In this document: positions 1 through 9,246 of the stretch, one piece after another
Numbering within the stretch: position 1 is the first letter of the stretch
Layout of the letters: the number at the start of each line of letters is the position of its first letter
DNA from: an uncultured Candidatus Saccharibacteria bacterium
Lineage (GTDB): Bacteria > Patescibacteriota > Saccharimonadia > Saccharimonadales > Saccharimonadaceae
Assembly (NCBI GenBank): GCA_963514865.1
Contig: CAUPVL010000001.1
Span: forward strand, 1 to 33,519
Length of the DNA stretch: 33,519 bases
Direction: 5' to 3'
Translations under genes and position numbers: made by a program
Notes under the pieces: model-generated
Told to the model about the DNA's origin: nothing
What the model saw: only the letters and a program-made list of their open reading frames with translations
Databases searched by the model: none

Positions 1-55
1 GTGGCGTGCTACCACACCAGTGGGGTTGCATGCATACCCACTACGGGGGGCCAAT
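1..55. repeat. Terminal direct repeat (copy 1), circular-assembly overlap
   Basis: Bases 1-55 are identical to 33465-33519. The ORF starting at 32476 continues in frame across the junction. Confidence 0.97.
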
Positions 56-196
56 CCCGCTCAGCAGGAGTACGTGGTGCTAGGTATGCCCCGTAGGGTG
101 GATTCCACAGGTACTCAGGTAGAGGCCATGCTAGACGCCCCCACCGAGTTACTGCTAGTAGAGCATGCTATAATGTCCCGGCGGAGGCCTCCATAA
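2..196 (+). CDS. 3' end of the MuF-like minor head protein gene (continues from 32476)
   Basis: Reads WRATTPVGLHAYPLRGANPAQQEYVVLG...RRRPP then TAA at 194-196, in frame with the open ORF at the window end. Confidence 0.85.
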   Translation, partial: WRATTPVGLHAYPLRGANPAQQEYVVLGMPRRVDSTGTQVEAMLDAPTELLLVEHAIMSRRRPP

Positions 197-224
197 TCCT
201 ATGACCATACCGTTTGCTAAATAT

Positions 225-253
225 TTGCGCACAACCTACTTATATGCTATACT
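225..253 (+). promoter_or_regulatory. Sigma70-type promoter for the scaffold/capsid operon
   Basis: TTGCGC, 17-nt spacer, TATACT with extended TGn; GAAAGGA RBS at 258-264. Confidence 0.75.
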
Positions 254-270
254 AATGGAAAGGACCCGAG

Positions 271-792
271 ATGGGCACCACAGAATCTAATCCCACATCT
301 GCAGCTGAGCAAGCTGCATCCACAGCTGAGGGCACTACGACCCCCACTAACACCGCAGAGACCGAGAAGGTCACTGAGTCTAAAACTGAAGCTCACACAT
401 CTTCTAAGGAAGAGCCCACTTTCAATAAGGAAGGTTTGTTGGCTGACCTCCACAAGGAGCGTAGTATGCGTAAGCAGCTACGTGACAAGTGCGCAGCCCT
501 AGAGACTAAGCTCTCCTCCCTCACCGAGGTAGAGACCACTCTGCAGACCACACAGCATCGGTACGATCGGCTAGAGCAATTCCTATTACAGTGTGGTGGT
601 GACGTATCTAAGATTCTGGATAGTCGCACCTTTACACAGAAGCTCTTTGAGAGTGACACCTCTGTGGAAGATCTTGTCAGTGAGTGGAAGAAGCATAATC
701 CTACTAAGACCTCTAGCGCTCTGGGTGGATCGGGCTCTGCTGAGGCTAAGCCCACCTTCAATGAGATTCTCCGAGCAGCTAGCAAAACCTAA
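271..792 (+). CDS. Capsid scaffolding protein
   Basis: Low-complexity T/E-rich N-terminus, coiled coil (LADLHKER...), C-terminal FNEILRAA; directly upstream of the major capsid gene; strong RBS. Confidence 0.8.
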   Translation: MGTTESNPTSAAEQAASTAEGTTTPTNTAETEKVTESKTEAHTSSKEEPTFNKEGLLADLHKERSMRKQLRDKCAALETKLSSLTEVETTLQTTQHRYDRLEQFLLQCGGDVSKILDSRTFTQKLFESDTSVEDLVSEWKKHNPTKTSSALGGSGSAEAKPTFNEILRAASKT

Positions 793-809
793 GGAAGTGA
801 GCCCTAATA

Positions 810-1769
810 ATGGCTAGCATTTCTCGCGCGGATGCATTAGCACTCCTCGCAAGGCAAGACGTTAATGAAATTATCAAACCCGCTACCGAGAAGTCCGCTG
901 CTCTCAGTGCATTCCGTAAGATTACCATGACAGCAGGCACTGCTCGTATGCCTGTCCTCAGTGCAATCCCTACAGCAGGCTGGGTCAAAGATTCCGCTAC
1001 TGATCCTGATGGAGCCAAGCCTACTACAGGCCTCCGCTGGGAGGACAAAGAGCTCGTCGCTGAAGAGGTGGCATGCATTGTCCCCATCCCGGAGAATGTC
1101 CTGGACGATTCCCGGTTTGACATCTGGGCAGAGGTGCGTCCCTTGGTAGCTACGGAATTCGCTCGTGTGCTGGATGCTGCTGTGCTATTCGGCACCAATA
1201 AGCCGGCTACATGGACCTCCCCCGCTCTGGTCCCTGGTGCTGTAGCAGCTGGGAACGTCGTCACGGAATCTGACGATGGAGACCTTGCTGATGACTTCAA
1301 CTCTGCCTTCGCCTATGTAGAGAACGATGATTTTGATGTGAATGCGGCTTTTACTGGTCGCTTCCTCCGGGCGGAGCTCCGAGGCCTACGTGACAAGAAT
1401 GGTCAGCCCATCTACCTGGATTCTTTGCGCTCCGATGGAGTGACCTCCATGGTTTACGGCCAAGACCTGTACTACGTAGGCAACCGCGTGTGGGATAAAG
1501 CCGCTGCTACAGCCCTTGTAGGCGATGCTAATGCGGCCGTGTTGGGCATTCGGCAGGATATGCAAGTAAAGCTGCTAGACCAAGCTACTGTTGGTGGTAT
1601 CAATCTGGCAGAGCGCGACATGGTGGCTCTGCGATTCAAGTTCCGTGTAGGCTTTGCCGTAGCATTCTCTGCTCCGGGAGCTAAGAATCCGACCAAGACA
1701 TTCCCGTTTGCTATCATTAAGCCGGGTGCTGATGGCATCCCAGGTAAGGGCATCGGCAAGGACAATTAA
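810..1769 (+). CDS. Major capsid protein (HK97 fold)
   Basis: Motifs AGWV, ACIVPIPENVLDDS, LDAAVLFG, LRGLRDKNGQPIY and NLAERDMVALR typical of actinobacteriophage capsid proteins; 319 aa; synteny. Confidence 0.93.
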   Translation: MASISRADALALLARQDVNEIIKPATEKSAALSAFRKITMTAGTARMPVLSAIPTAGWVKDSATDPDGAKPTTGLRWEDKELVAEEVACIVPIPENVLDDSRFDIWAEVRPLVATEFARVLDAAVLFGTNKPATWTSPALVPGAVAAGNVVTESDDGDLADDFNSAFAYVENDDFDVNAAFTGRFLRAELRGLRDKNGQPIYLDSLRSDGVTSMVYGQDLYYVGNRVWDKAAATALVGDANAAVLGIRQDMQVKLLDQATVGGINLAERDMVALRFKFRVGFAVAFSAPGAKNPTKTFPFAIIKPGADGIPGKGIGKDN

Positions 1770-1774
1770 TCAGC

Positions 1775-2176
1775 ATGCCTACGCTAGATGATGTACTCGC
1801 CCTGATCCCTGGAGGTGATGTAGTCTCCCAGGCTATGAGGGAGTCTGCTCTGGCAAAGAGCCTGATTCCTGACAGCTCTGGCCACCTCCCAGGGGAGCAG
1901 GGGTACACCCCCACGCATGACGCGTACTATGCAGCCCTCACTCTGCTAGGTGTGGTCCGTGCCCAACCTGCTGTGACCACAGCATCTAGCGAGTCTACTA
2001 GCATTAGTACCACCACACCAGACTGGCCCTCCTTGGAGGCCTGGTTGCGTAGCCAGAGTGTGATCTGCCGTAACCAGGACGCCCTAACCACCATCCCTAT
2101 CACCTATGCTGATTACATCACTAAAGTCTATATGGAAGGAGAATCCTACCGTGGATATGATGCAGATTACTCCTAG
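1775..2176 (+). CDS. Putative head-to-tail adaptor
   Basis: 133 aa, immediately after the capsid gene; call from synteny. Confidence 0.55.
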   Translation: MPTLDDVLALIPGGDVVSQAMRESALAKSLIPDSSGHLPGEQGYTPTHDAYYAALTLLGVVRAQPAVTTASSESTSISTTTPDWPSLEAWLRSQSVICRNQDALTTIPITYADYITKVYMEGESYRGYDADYS

Positions 2177-2543
2177 GGCATCTGCCTTGATGACGGATAC
2201 TCTCCTGGTAGACCGTGCTGATGCTTATAAGCTGCAACCGCTTGCGGTGGTGGGCTATGCTAGCAGGCGTGCTCGGGAGCTGGTGAGCCGGGAGCTTAAA
2301 TGCCTGGTGCAGGCTACTAGCACAGATGTAGTAGATGGCTTAGCTGAGACTGCCTACAGCGTCAAGGTCCCTACGGGTACAGGCTTGAGCCCTGGTATGC
2401 TACTGGTCATTACTCAATGCACCAGGGAGCCTAGCCTGGTAGGTGTGGAGCTGATGGTTGATAGCATCAGTGAGGATGGATTGAGCATCATCCGTAAATG
2501 TATAGCTCATAGCTATACGACAGTAGACCACCAAGGAGCGTGA
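2151..2543 (+). CDS. Putative head-to-tail stopper / neck protein
   Basis: Start moved to GTG 2151 after a GAAGGAG RBS (ATG 2157 is an alternative); beta-rich, about 130 aa; synteny. Confidence 0.5.
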   Translation: MDMMQITPRASALMTDTLLVDRADAYKLQPLAVVGYASRRARELVSRELKCLVQATSTDVVDGLAETAYSVKVPTGTGLSPGMLLVITQCTREPSLVGVELMVDSISEDGLSIIRKCIAHSYTTVDHQGA

Positions 2544-2547
2544 CGCT

Positions 2548-2892
2548 ATGGATATGGGAGAGCTCGCCGGGAAGTTTGCTAAGGCCGCTGGACGTGTGGA
2601 TGCTAAATCCGCTCAGCAAGTAGCCAGATTTGCCCAGGTGGGTGTGGGATATGTTAAGCGTTCTATCCAAGACTTCCACGCTGTAGACACCGGGACTATG
2701 CTCAATTCTACTACGGCGGAGAAGGTAGGTGAGGCTACCTACCTGATAGGCCCTACGGTAAAGTACGCTCCTTTTATCGCTCTGGGGACTAGCCGTATGG
2801 CTGCTAGGCCATTCCATACTAAGGCTGCTGAGCAGCTCCGCTCCCGCATCGGGGATCTGGACATGAGTGCTACCACGCTAGGACTAGACTGA
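2548..2892 (+). CDS. HK97 gp10-like neck/tail-completion protein
   Basis: VDTGTMLNS, YAPFIALGTSRMAARPF motifs. Confidence 0.85.
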   Translation: MDMGELAGKFAKAAGRVDAKSAQQVARFAQVGVGYVKRSIQDFHAVDTGTMLNSTTAEKVGEATYLIGPTVKYAPFIALGTSRMAARPFHTKAAEQLRSRIGDLDMSATTLGLD

Positions 2893-3233
2893 TGATTGAA
2901 GATGTAGAAAGCCACATCCAGGTGTTAGGAGCCCCCATATGCAGGGGTTACCCCCACACCACAATTAGGCCCCCTTACATCGTGGTGAGGCCTCTCAGCA
3001 GCACTGCTGAGGCCCAAAGCCTGGAGAGCACTATGGTGTGGTCAGGCGAGTATGCTGTGTACTGTGTAGCAGATACCGTGTGGGGCTCTGCCAATCTGGC
3101 CATGGATGTTAAGAAGCTCCTGGACGGAGTGTACATTGATGGTACCACCCTTACCGCTAGCATGAGCTATACTGGTAGCCCCGTACAAGGGCTGTATGAG
3201 TCCCTAGTAACTATTCAAAAGATGGAGGTATAA
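2892..3233 (+). CDS. Putative tail terminator
   Basis: PPYIVV motif, 113 aa, lies between the gp10-like gene and the major tail gene. Confidence 0.65.
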   Translation: MIEDVESHIQVLGAPICRGYPHTTIRPPYIVVRPLSSTAEAQSLESTMVWSGEYAVYCVADTVWGSANLAMDVKKLLDGVYIDGTTLTASMSYTGSPVQGLYESLVTIQKMEV

Positions 3234-3239
3234 CACACT

Positions 3240-3461
3240 ATGACTGTAACATATAAGGTCGTACGACATAAGCAGGTCGGTAATCACTATGTGGTCCGAG
3301 CTGAGAATGTGGATCCGGCCACAGAGGAGGTCATCCGGGAGCTCTCTCCCACAGAGAACCCCCTCAACTACCCAGATAAGCCTGTAGATAACCGACCAGC
3401 CCAGAGTGTGGTCAGCCCTCCCTCTGGTGACTCTAATCCCAAGAAGAAGGAGGAGAAGTAA
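3240..3461 (+). CDS. Small hypothetical protein
   Basis: GGAGG RBS; fills the gap in the operon. Confidence 0.7.
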   Translation: MTVTYKVVRHKQVGNHYVVRAENVDPATEEVIRELSPTENPLNYPDKPVDNRPAQSVVSPPSGDSNPKKKEEK

Positions 3462-3463
3462 TA

Positions 3464-3958
3464 ATGCCTGTCACTCAATGGGACCCGGCGACCATCGTAA
3501 GCCGTGGTAATATTAATGTGTACATCGTCCCTACCATAGCGGATATCACTGCGCCTAAGCTCACGGAGTTGGATGCTTCTAAGGCAATCGGTTGCTCTGT
3601 AACCAACTTCAATGCTACCAGCTCTGTAGACAGCGAGAAGGTAGACTGGATCTGCCGTACTGAATCTGAAGAGCTCGCAAGTACGACCACACACTCCATC
3701 GACGATCTGACCATTAAAGCCACCGGTCAACAGGATGATGACTTGATCACCACCATGAAGATCGGTGATGTGATTTACATTGTCCGTCGGGATGGTGTAG
3801 AGAGCAGTGCTGCTCTGGCTGTAGGTCAGGTAGTGTGGGTGTGGAAAGCCGTGGTGACCTCTGTGGATCCTACCGAGGCTACAAACGCATTCGTAGGTGT
3901 TACAGCGCATGTAAACGTACGTGCACGTACTAAGACTCCGGTGAAGGTGGTGGCGTGA
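3464..3958 (+). CDS. Major tail (tube) protein
   Basis: VPTIADITAPKLTEL, IVRRDG and VGQVVWVW motifs of actinobacteriophage tail tube proteins; AAGGAGG RBS. Confidence 0.85.
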   Translation: MPVTQWDPATIVSRGNINVYIVPTIADITAPKLTELDASKAIGCSVTNFNATSSVDSEKVDWICRTESEELASTTTHSIDDLTIKATGQQDDDLITTMKIGDVIYIVRRDGVESSAALAVGQVVWVWKAVVTSVDPTEATNAFVGVTAHVNVRARTKTPVKVVA

Positions 3959-4527
3959 TGTCTAACACGGTTAATTCCTTGGACGAGCTCATCGCCTTGA
4001 TTGATGAGCAGCAAGCTGAGCGTTTGATTCTGGAGCTAGATATCACTCGGTACAGTGCTGAGTATGCTAAGGCTCTCAAGCGATTGGCTGAGGCTGAGGC
4101 TATGCAAGGACGTCAGTTGGCGCTGGATAATGCCTTCATCTCCTCCAAGAGTGAGGACATTGATTACCTCCGGGATCAGGTGGAAAAGCTACGACCACAG
4201 AGCGTGAAGACGGTCTATGTGGCCTTTAAGCGGTTGAGTGCTCGGGAGCGGTCTGCTCTGGACAAGCGTATCAATGAGAAGAAGCTCACTGCTCTCCAGC
4301 AATATGAGCATGCTCTCCCCAAGATGTTCCTGGGGATTTATAGCACCCCAGAGGCTGATGATGATCACCTCATCTCTGATGACTATAAGCTGATCAGCAG
4401 CACGTCTGACAAGACCTTACTCACTGGTCGGTATACGTCTACTGTGCCTACGGAGGTGTTCCAATGGCAGGATGGTGCTAGTGGTGTCCGCATCCCCCCG
4501 GAAGCATCGGTCCAAGACTTGCCCTAG
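3955..4527 (+). CDS. Tail assembly chaperone (gpG-like)
   Basis: Lies between the major tail and tape measure genes; ends in a frameshift cassette. Confidence 0.75.
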   Translation: MMSNTVNSLDELIALIDEQQAERLILELDITRYSAEYAKALKRLAEAEAMQGRQLALDNAFISSKSEDIDYLRDQVEKLRPQSVKTVYVAFKRLSARERSALDKRINEKKLTALQQYEHALPKMFLGIYSTPEADDDHLISDDYKLISSTSDKTLLTGRYTSTVPTEVFQWQDGASGVRIPPEASVQDLP

Positions 4528-4535
4528 TCTTGGAC
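4494..4535 (+). promoter_or_regulatory. Putative -1 programmed ribosomal frameshift site with stimulatory hairpin
   Basis: C-CCC-CCG at 4494-4500, 9-nt spacer, perfect 10-bp stem GTCCAAGACT/AGTCTTGGAC (4510-4519 / 4526-4535). Confidence 0.7.
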
Positions 4536-4895
4536 TATGCTGACAAGCGGGGCGTAGCTCCCAGCTGTATAGAGCAAGAGATTGACCCCCTACAGATGGA
4601 CCTACTGCTGTGGTGGCGCCACATACAGGGGGTGAAATGTCCGGGGTGTGGTCGTCCTCTATCTCAGCACCTGCACAGTGACCTCCTCAATCGGGAGGAA
4701 ACTTACGAGGATTACACAGCATACAGCTACGAGTGCCCCTCCCAGGTGGCACTACGTGTGAGCCAGAGGGCATGGAGGGATGCTAATAAGTCACAGATAG
4801 ATGCATATAATAAGGGTGAGGGTCCTGATCCTCACCAGGGAGTGTTCTGGATGTCCAGAGGACCAGGGGAGCCCCCTCCACCTGGTGTAGAGTGA
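4494..4895 (+). CDS. Tail assembly chaperone -1 frame extension (gpT-like), with CPGC and further C/H residues
   Basis: The -1 frame is open from 4482 to 4895; only a TTG start at 4530 with no clear RBS. Confidence 0.7.
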   Translation, partial: PPGSIGPRLALVLDYADKRGVAPSCIEQEIDPLQMDLLLWWRHIQGVKCPGCGRPLSQHLHSDLLNREETYEDYTAYSYECPSQVALRVSQRAWRDANKSQIDAYNKGEGPDPHQGVFWMSRGPGEPPPPGVE

Positions 4896-4910
4896 TATAG
4901 AGAGTGAAAG

Positions 4911-7900
4911 ATGTCTAATGATGTAAGGATCCGCCTGAGCCTGGATGGCGTAGGCGGTGTGGTACAGGGGCTAGGTAGCGTAGCTAGCGCTGCTACCAGC
5001 GCTAGCGGACAGCTCACCGCCATGGCCACACAGGGCCTAGCCACAGCAGCTAGGGGCTTGCAAACCTTTACGTCTGAGGCATCCCATGCAGTAGGTCTGC
5101 TGACTACTAGTGTGGTCAGCAACTACGCACAGTATGAGCAGAACATCGGTGGCATCGAGACGATGTTTGGCTCCTCTGCTGATAAGATGAAGGCCTTCGC
5201 GGCTGATGCTTATAAGACCGCTGGACTCAGTGCTAATGAATATATGTCCCAGGTGACGTCCTTCTCTGCAGCTCTACTCCAGGGTCTGGGTGGCGATACT
5301 GAAAAGGCTGCTGATCTGGCCAATGTCGCCATGGTGGACATGTCTGACAACGCTGCGAAGTTCGGCACCAACATTGGAGACATTCAACACGCCTACCAGG
5401 GGTTTGCTAAGCAAAACTACACCATGCTGGATAACCTAAAGCTTGGCTACGGTGGCACTCAAGCAGAGATGGCTCGGCTCATTAACGATTCGGGCGTTCT
5501 TGGTGATACTATGACTGTCACTGCTGAGAATGTGAATCAGGTATCGTTTGATAAGATCATTGAGGCTATCCACACTGTGCAGGATAGGATGGGCATCGCC
5601 GGTACCACAGCTAAGGAGGCTAGTGAGACGATCTCTGGCTCCATTGACTCCCTTAAGGCCTCGTGGGCTAATTTCCTGGTAGGGCTCGGTAGGGATGATG
5701 CTGACATTGCTGCTCTACTAGGTCAAACTCTGGATTCATTGGAGACGGTGATCCAGAACATTACTCCGGTGATCCAACACATCGGCGAGAATATGAAGAC
5801 TTTGGGTCCTCTGATCAGTGAGATGATCAGTGAGGTAGTAGGCCTCTTAGTAGAGGCCATACCTGTACTATTAGAAGCTGGTATCAATATGATTGCTGGT
5901 CTAGTACAGGGGCTCACGGAGAGTGCTCCGCAGATTGGTCAGGTGATTGGAGACTTGATTCCTGCCATGGTGGAGCTGATCGCCATGGCGATCCCCTCCC
6001 TAGTGGAGGCTGGTGCTACAATCATCCTGAATATTGCCCAAGGCGTGCTAGACCATAGCGACCAGATATTTTCGGCTATTTCTACGGCTATCATCCAGCT
6101 GATCCAGATCGCAGGGGAGTTCCTTCCCCAATTCTTGGAGATGGGTGCTCAGCTCATCGTAGAGCTAGCCGAAGGCCTCAGCCAGGATGGTGGCAGGACT
6201 GTAGATGCTATCGTTACCACAGTGCAAAAGCTAGGTGAAGCTATCACACAGAACCTCCCCATCATCCTACAAGCCGCTGGAGAGATTATTCAGGCGTTAC
6301 TGGATGGCATTATCCAGGTATTGCCATCCATGATCCCTGTGGCTGTAGACATCCTACTTAATCTGGCGCAATTCATCGTGGACAATCTGCCTCCGATTCT
6401 GGATGCAGGCATTCAGGTGATCGTGATGTTGATGAATGGTATCACACAAATGATCCCTGAGCTCATTCCTATGATCATTGACCTGGTAGAGAAGCTCATC
6501 TGGGCGATCATTGATAATCTCCCTGCATTCATTGAGGCTGGTATCAAGATGATCATGGCTCTAGGCGAGGGCATTATCGATAATATCCCCCGCTTGCTGG
6601 AGGCTATCCCACCTATGATCAATGCTCTGATTGATGTGATAACGGAATATGGTCCGGAGCTAGCATCCGTCGGTCTTAAGCTGCTGATTGCTCTGCTGGA
6701 CAATGCTCCACAGATTCTAGACGCCTTGATTGATGGCATCGGTAATATCCTTAGCCATACCCTAGATGCTATGCAGGACAGCTCTGGCGAGTTCGCGGAG
6801 ATGGGTGGTGAGCTCCTCAAGGGCTTGGTGGAGGGCTTCCTCAAGCTAGGGAGTTATGCTATCCGTAAGATTCAGGAATTCCTGGGTGACCTGGTAGATG
6901 GTGCCATGGAATACCTAGGAATCCACTCCCCATCACGGGTATTCCGGGACCGCATTGGTGAGCCAATTGTGCAGGGCATCGCCGTAGGGATTGAGCGTGC
7001 TGAGGGCGAGGCACAAGCAGCCATGCAGCACGTTAATACAGGCCTGGTACGTACAGCAGAATCTGGACGCACCGAGCTCACCCGGGTAGCACGTAGTACC
7101 ACTACCGACCTGCAAGACATCTGGGACGAGCTAGATGCAGCCTACCACGGAGGCGATTGGGGCTATGGGACCATCGCCAAGTATGTAGGCGATGATGCTG
7201 CTAGGTGGGTCACAAATGTGGCTGGAGGTCTAGGCCAACAGATCAGCAGCACACAATCATTCTTTGCTGAGTGGGCTAAGAATCTGCAGGAGGATGCCAA
7301 GCAGGTGCCCCACACAGTAGCACACAGTGTGGTCTCCACGACAGATCAAGCAGTCAAGACCACACGTAAAGAGTCTGACCGATTAACCGACAGCATTAAC
7401 GTCATGTGGCAAGAGGTCCGTGCTGCATGGGACGGGGATGACTTCGGCATGGCTGAGACTCAGCGATTCTTTGGCGAACGCGGAGGCACCTGGTTGCTAG
7501 ATGTAACCAGCACTATGGGTGAGCATTACCGTGCTGCTACGTCCCAGTTGAATGATTGGACGCAATCCCTCCAGCGCACGTACGACCGCGTAGCAGCAGA
7601 TGGCCAAGCAATGCTGAGCCGTGTGGTCGGGCATGTGAGTGGATTCCAAGCTCGCATGGAGCAGGCCGGATTGCAGTTATGGAACTCCCTAGCTGCTAGG
7701 GTAGACCAGGCTAAGAGCTACATCACTGAGCGTGTAGCTGTCATCACTGATGCTATCCAGGAGAAAGTTCATGCATACATAGACCCCATTGCTGCTGAGG
7801 GTGAACGTCTGCTACAGTCTATCACCAGGGAAGCCCAGACTGCTGAGGCTGACGTCCGCAGGGACGTAGGTAATCTGCTCCAAGGCATCATTCAGACTGT

Positions 7901-8450
7901 GGATGACGCTACAGGAGGCATGGCTACCAGTGGCATCAATCTGGTAGAAGGTATGTGGCGGGGTGTGGAGTCACAATCTGGCTGGTTCCAGGATCAAATG
8001 CGTAACTGGGCAGACGATATTGTCCGCAATACTCAACGTGAGCTGGGGATTTATTCGCCGTCCAGGGTATTCAGGGATGAGGTAGGTAAGCACATCCCCT
8101 CTGGCATTGCGGAGGGCGTGCAGGCTGCTACCCCTACAGCTCTACTGAGCATCCAGCACCTGAGCGACCGTATGGTGGCTACAGGCATGCAGCATACCCT
8201 ACAGGTAGCCATGCCACAACCACACCCAGTGTGGGTGCAGCCACCACAGCCCGTACCTGTATACACCAGCACGCCTGTGGCTCCGGTAGCTGCTACTACT
8301 AGCCATGCTACGCACAGTACCAACTACAACGCCCCACTGGTACACGTAGAGCACATGGAGGTGCGTAATGACCAAGACATCCGGGACCTAAGCAAGCAGC
8401 TCAAGCAAGACATTGACCGTGAACGCCGAGCACGAGGGGAGATTGACTAA
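4911..8450 (+). CDS. Tape measure protein
   Basis: 1179 aa, helical; YQGFAKQNYTMLDNLKLGYGGT motif; amphipathic repeats; SPSRVF motifs. Confidence 0.95.
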   Translation: MSNDVRIRLSLDGVGGVVQGLGSVASAATSASGQLTAMATQGLATAARGLQTFTSEASHAVGLLTTSVVSNYAQYEQNIGGIETMFGSSADKMKAFAADAYKTAGLSANEYMSQVTSFSAALLQGLGGDTEKAADLANVAMVDMSDNAAKFGTNIGDIQHAYQGFAKQNYTMLDNLKLGYGGTQAEMARLINDSGVLGDTMTVTAENVNQVSFDKIIEAIHTVQDRMGIAGTTAKEASETISGSIDSLKASWANFLVGLGRDDADIAALLGQTLDSLETVIQNITPVIQHIGENMKTLGPLISEMISEVVGLLVEAIPVLLEAGINMIAGLVQGLTESAPQIGQVIGDLIPAMVELIAMAIPSLVEAGATIILNIAQGVLDHSDQIFSAISTAIIQLIQIAGEFLPQFLEMGAQLIVELAEGLSQDGGRTVDAIVTTVQKLGEAITQNLPIILQAAGEIIQALLDGIIQVLPSMIPVAVDILLNLAQFIVDNLPPILDAGIQVIVMLMNGITQMIPELIPMIIDLVEKLIWAIIDNLPAFIEAGIKMIMALGEGIIDNIPRLLEAIPPMINALIDVITEYGPELASVGLKLLIALLDNAPQILDALIDGIGNILSHTLDAMQDSSGEFAEMGGELLKGLVEGFLKLGSYAIRKIQEFLGDLVDGAMEYLGIHSPSRVFRDRIGEPIVQGIAVGIERAEGEAQAAMQHVNTGLVRTAESGRTELTRVARSTTTDLQDIWDELDAAYHGGDWGYGTIAKYVGDDAARWVTNVAGGLGQQISSTQSFFAEWAKNLQEDAKQVPHTVAHSVVSTTDQAVKTTRKESDRLTDSINVMWQEVRAAWDGDDFGMAETQRFFGERGGTWLLDVTSTMGEHYRAATSQLNDWTQSLQRTYDRVAADGQAMLSRVVGHVSGFQARMEQAGLQLWNSLAARVDQAKSYITERVAVITDAIQEKVHAYIDPIAAEGERLLQSITREAQTAEADVRRDVGNLLQGIIQTVDDATGGMATSGINLVEGMWRGVESQSGWFQDQMRNWADDIVRNTQRELGIYSPSRVFRDEVGKHIPSGIAEGVQAATPTALLSIQHLSDRMVATGMQHTLQVAMPQPHPVWVQPPQPVPVYTSTPVAPVAATTSHATHSTNYNAPLVHVEHMEVRNDQDIRDLSKQLKQDIDRERRARGEID

Positions 8451-9244
8451 TGGGATTCTACCTAGGGGCAATGAATACCGATACCTATCAGTCACCACAT
8501 GGGACTTTATACGCTGCTTTAGACACCATGCCTGCTGTAGACGTGGACATCCGCACAGATGCCCTCCGGGATGTAGGCTCCCTGTACCGTAATATGCGTG
8601 TACGTCCCAAGAGCTGGAAATTCCAGCTGACTGCTACCGCATATAGCGCAAGGAGCCTAGTAGCCCTAGTTCAAGACGTCAGTGATAAGCTCAATCCCTA
8701 CCTATCGGAGGGATTGCAGGCATTCCATATGTCCCACATGGAGGACCGATGGAAGTACGAGGGCATACTCAATGCTCCCCTGGAGTGGACGCGGGATAAG
8801 GTCTTGTGGACCGGTAGGCAGGGCCTGCATGTAGCTACTGCTACCGCTACCATACTTACGCCCATTCCCTACGCCACCACGCGGGAGGTAGATACAGCCA
8901 CCCAAGCAGGAGCACCTATTCAATTCACTCGGAAGTGGGGCAATCTGCCTACATATCCTAGGGTGAGTGTCCATGCGGAATTCGGTGCACAGACCACATA
9001 CTCTCTGGCTGGATGCACCATTCAAGGTCCTATGACTAAGGATGATGAGATGATCTGGGATTTTGATAACATGGACTTCTTCATCATCCGTAACGGAGCT
9101 AGAATCGCTAATGTGGCACATAGGTTCACTGAGTTCAACCGACCCAGTGTGGTCGTAGGCAAGTCCATCAGCTGGACGCCTACTCTCCGCGGTCCTGGGA
9201 CCATAGAGACCACACGCGTATTAATCTACTCACGGAGGTATTAA
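8450..9244 (+). CDS. Distal tail protein (Dit-like) / minor tail protein
   Basis: Follows the tape measure gene; 264 aa; TPIPYA and GNLPTYP motifs. Confidence 0.7.
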   Translation: MGFYLGAMNTDTYQSPHGTLYAALDTMPAVDVDIRTDALRDVGSLYRNMRVRPKSWKFQLTATAYSARSLVALVQDVSDKLNPYLSEGLQAFHMSHMEDRWKYEGILNAPLEWTRDKVLWTGRQGLHVATATATILTPIPYATTREVDTATQAGAPIQFTRKWGNLPTYPRVSVHAEFGAQTTYSLAGCTIQGPMTKDDEMIWDFDNMDFFIIRNGARIANVAHRFTEFNRPSVVVGKSISWTPTLRGPGTIETTRVLIYSRRY

Positions 9245-9246
9245 CC

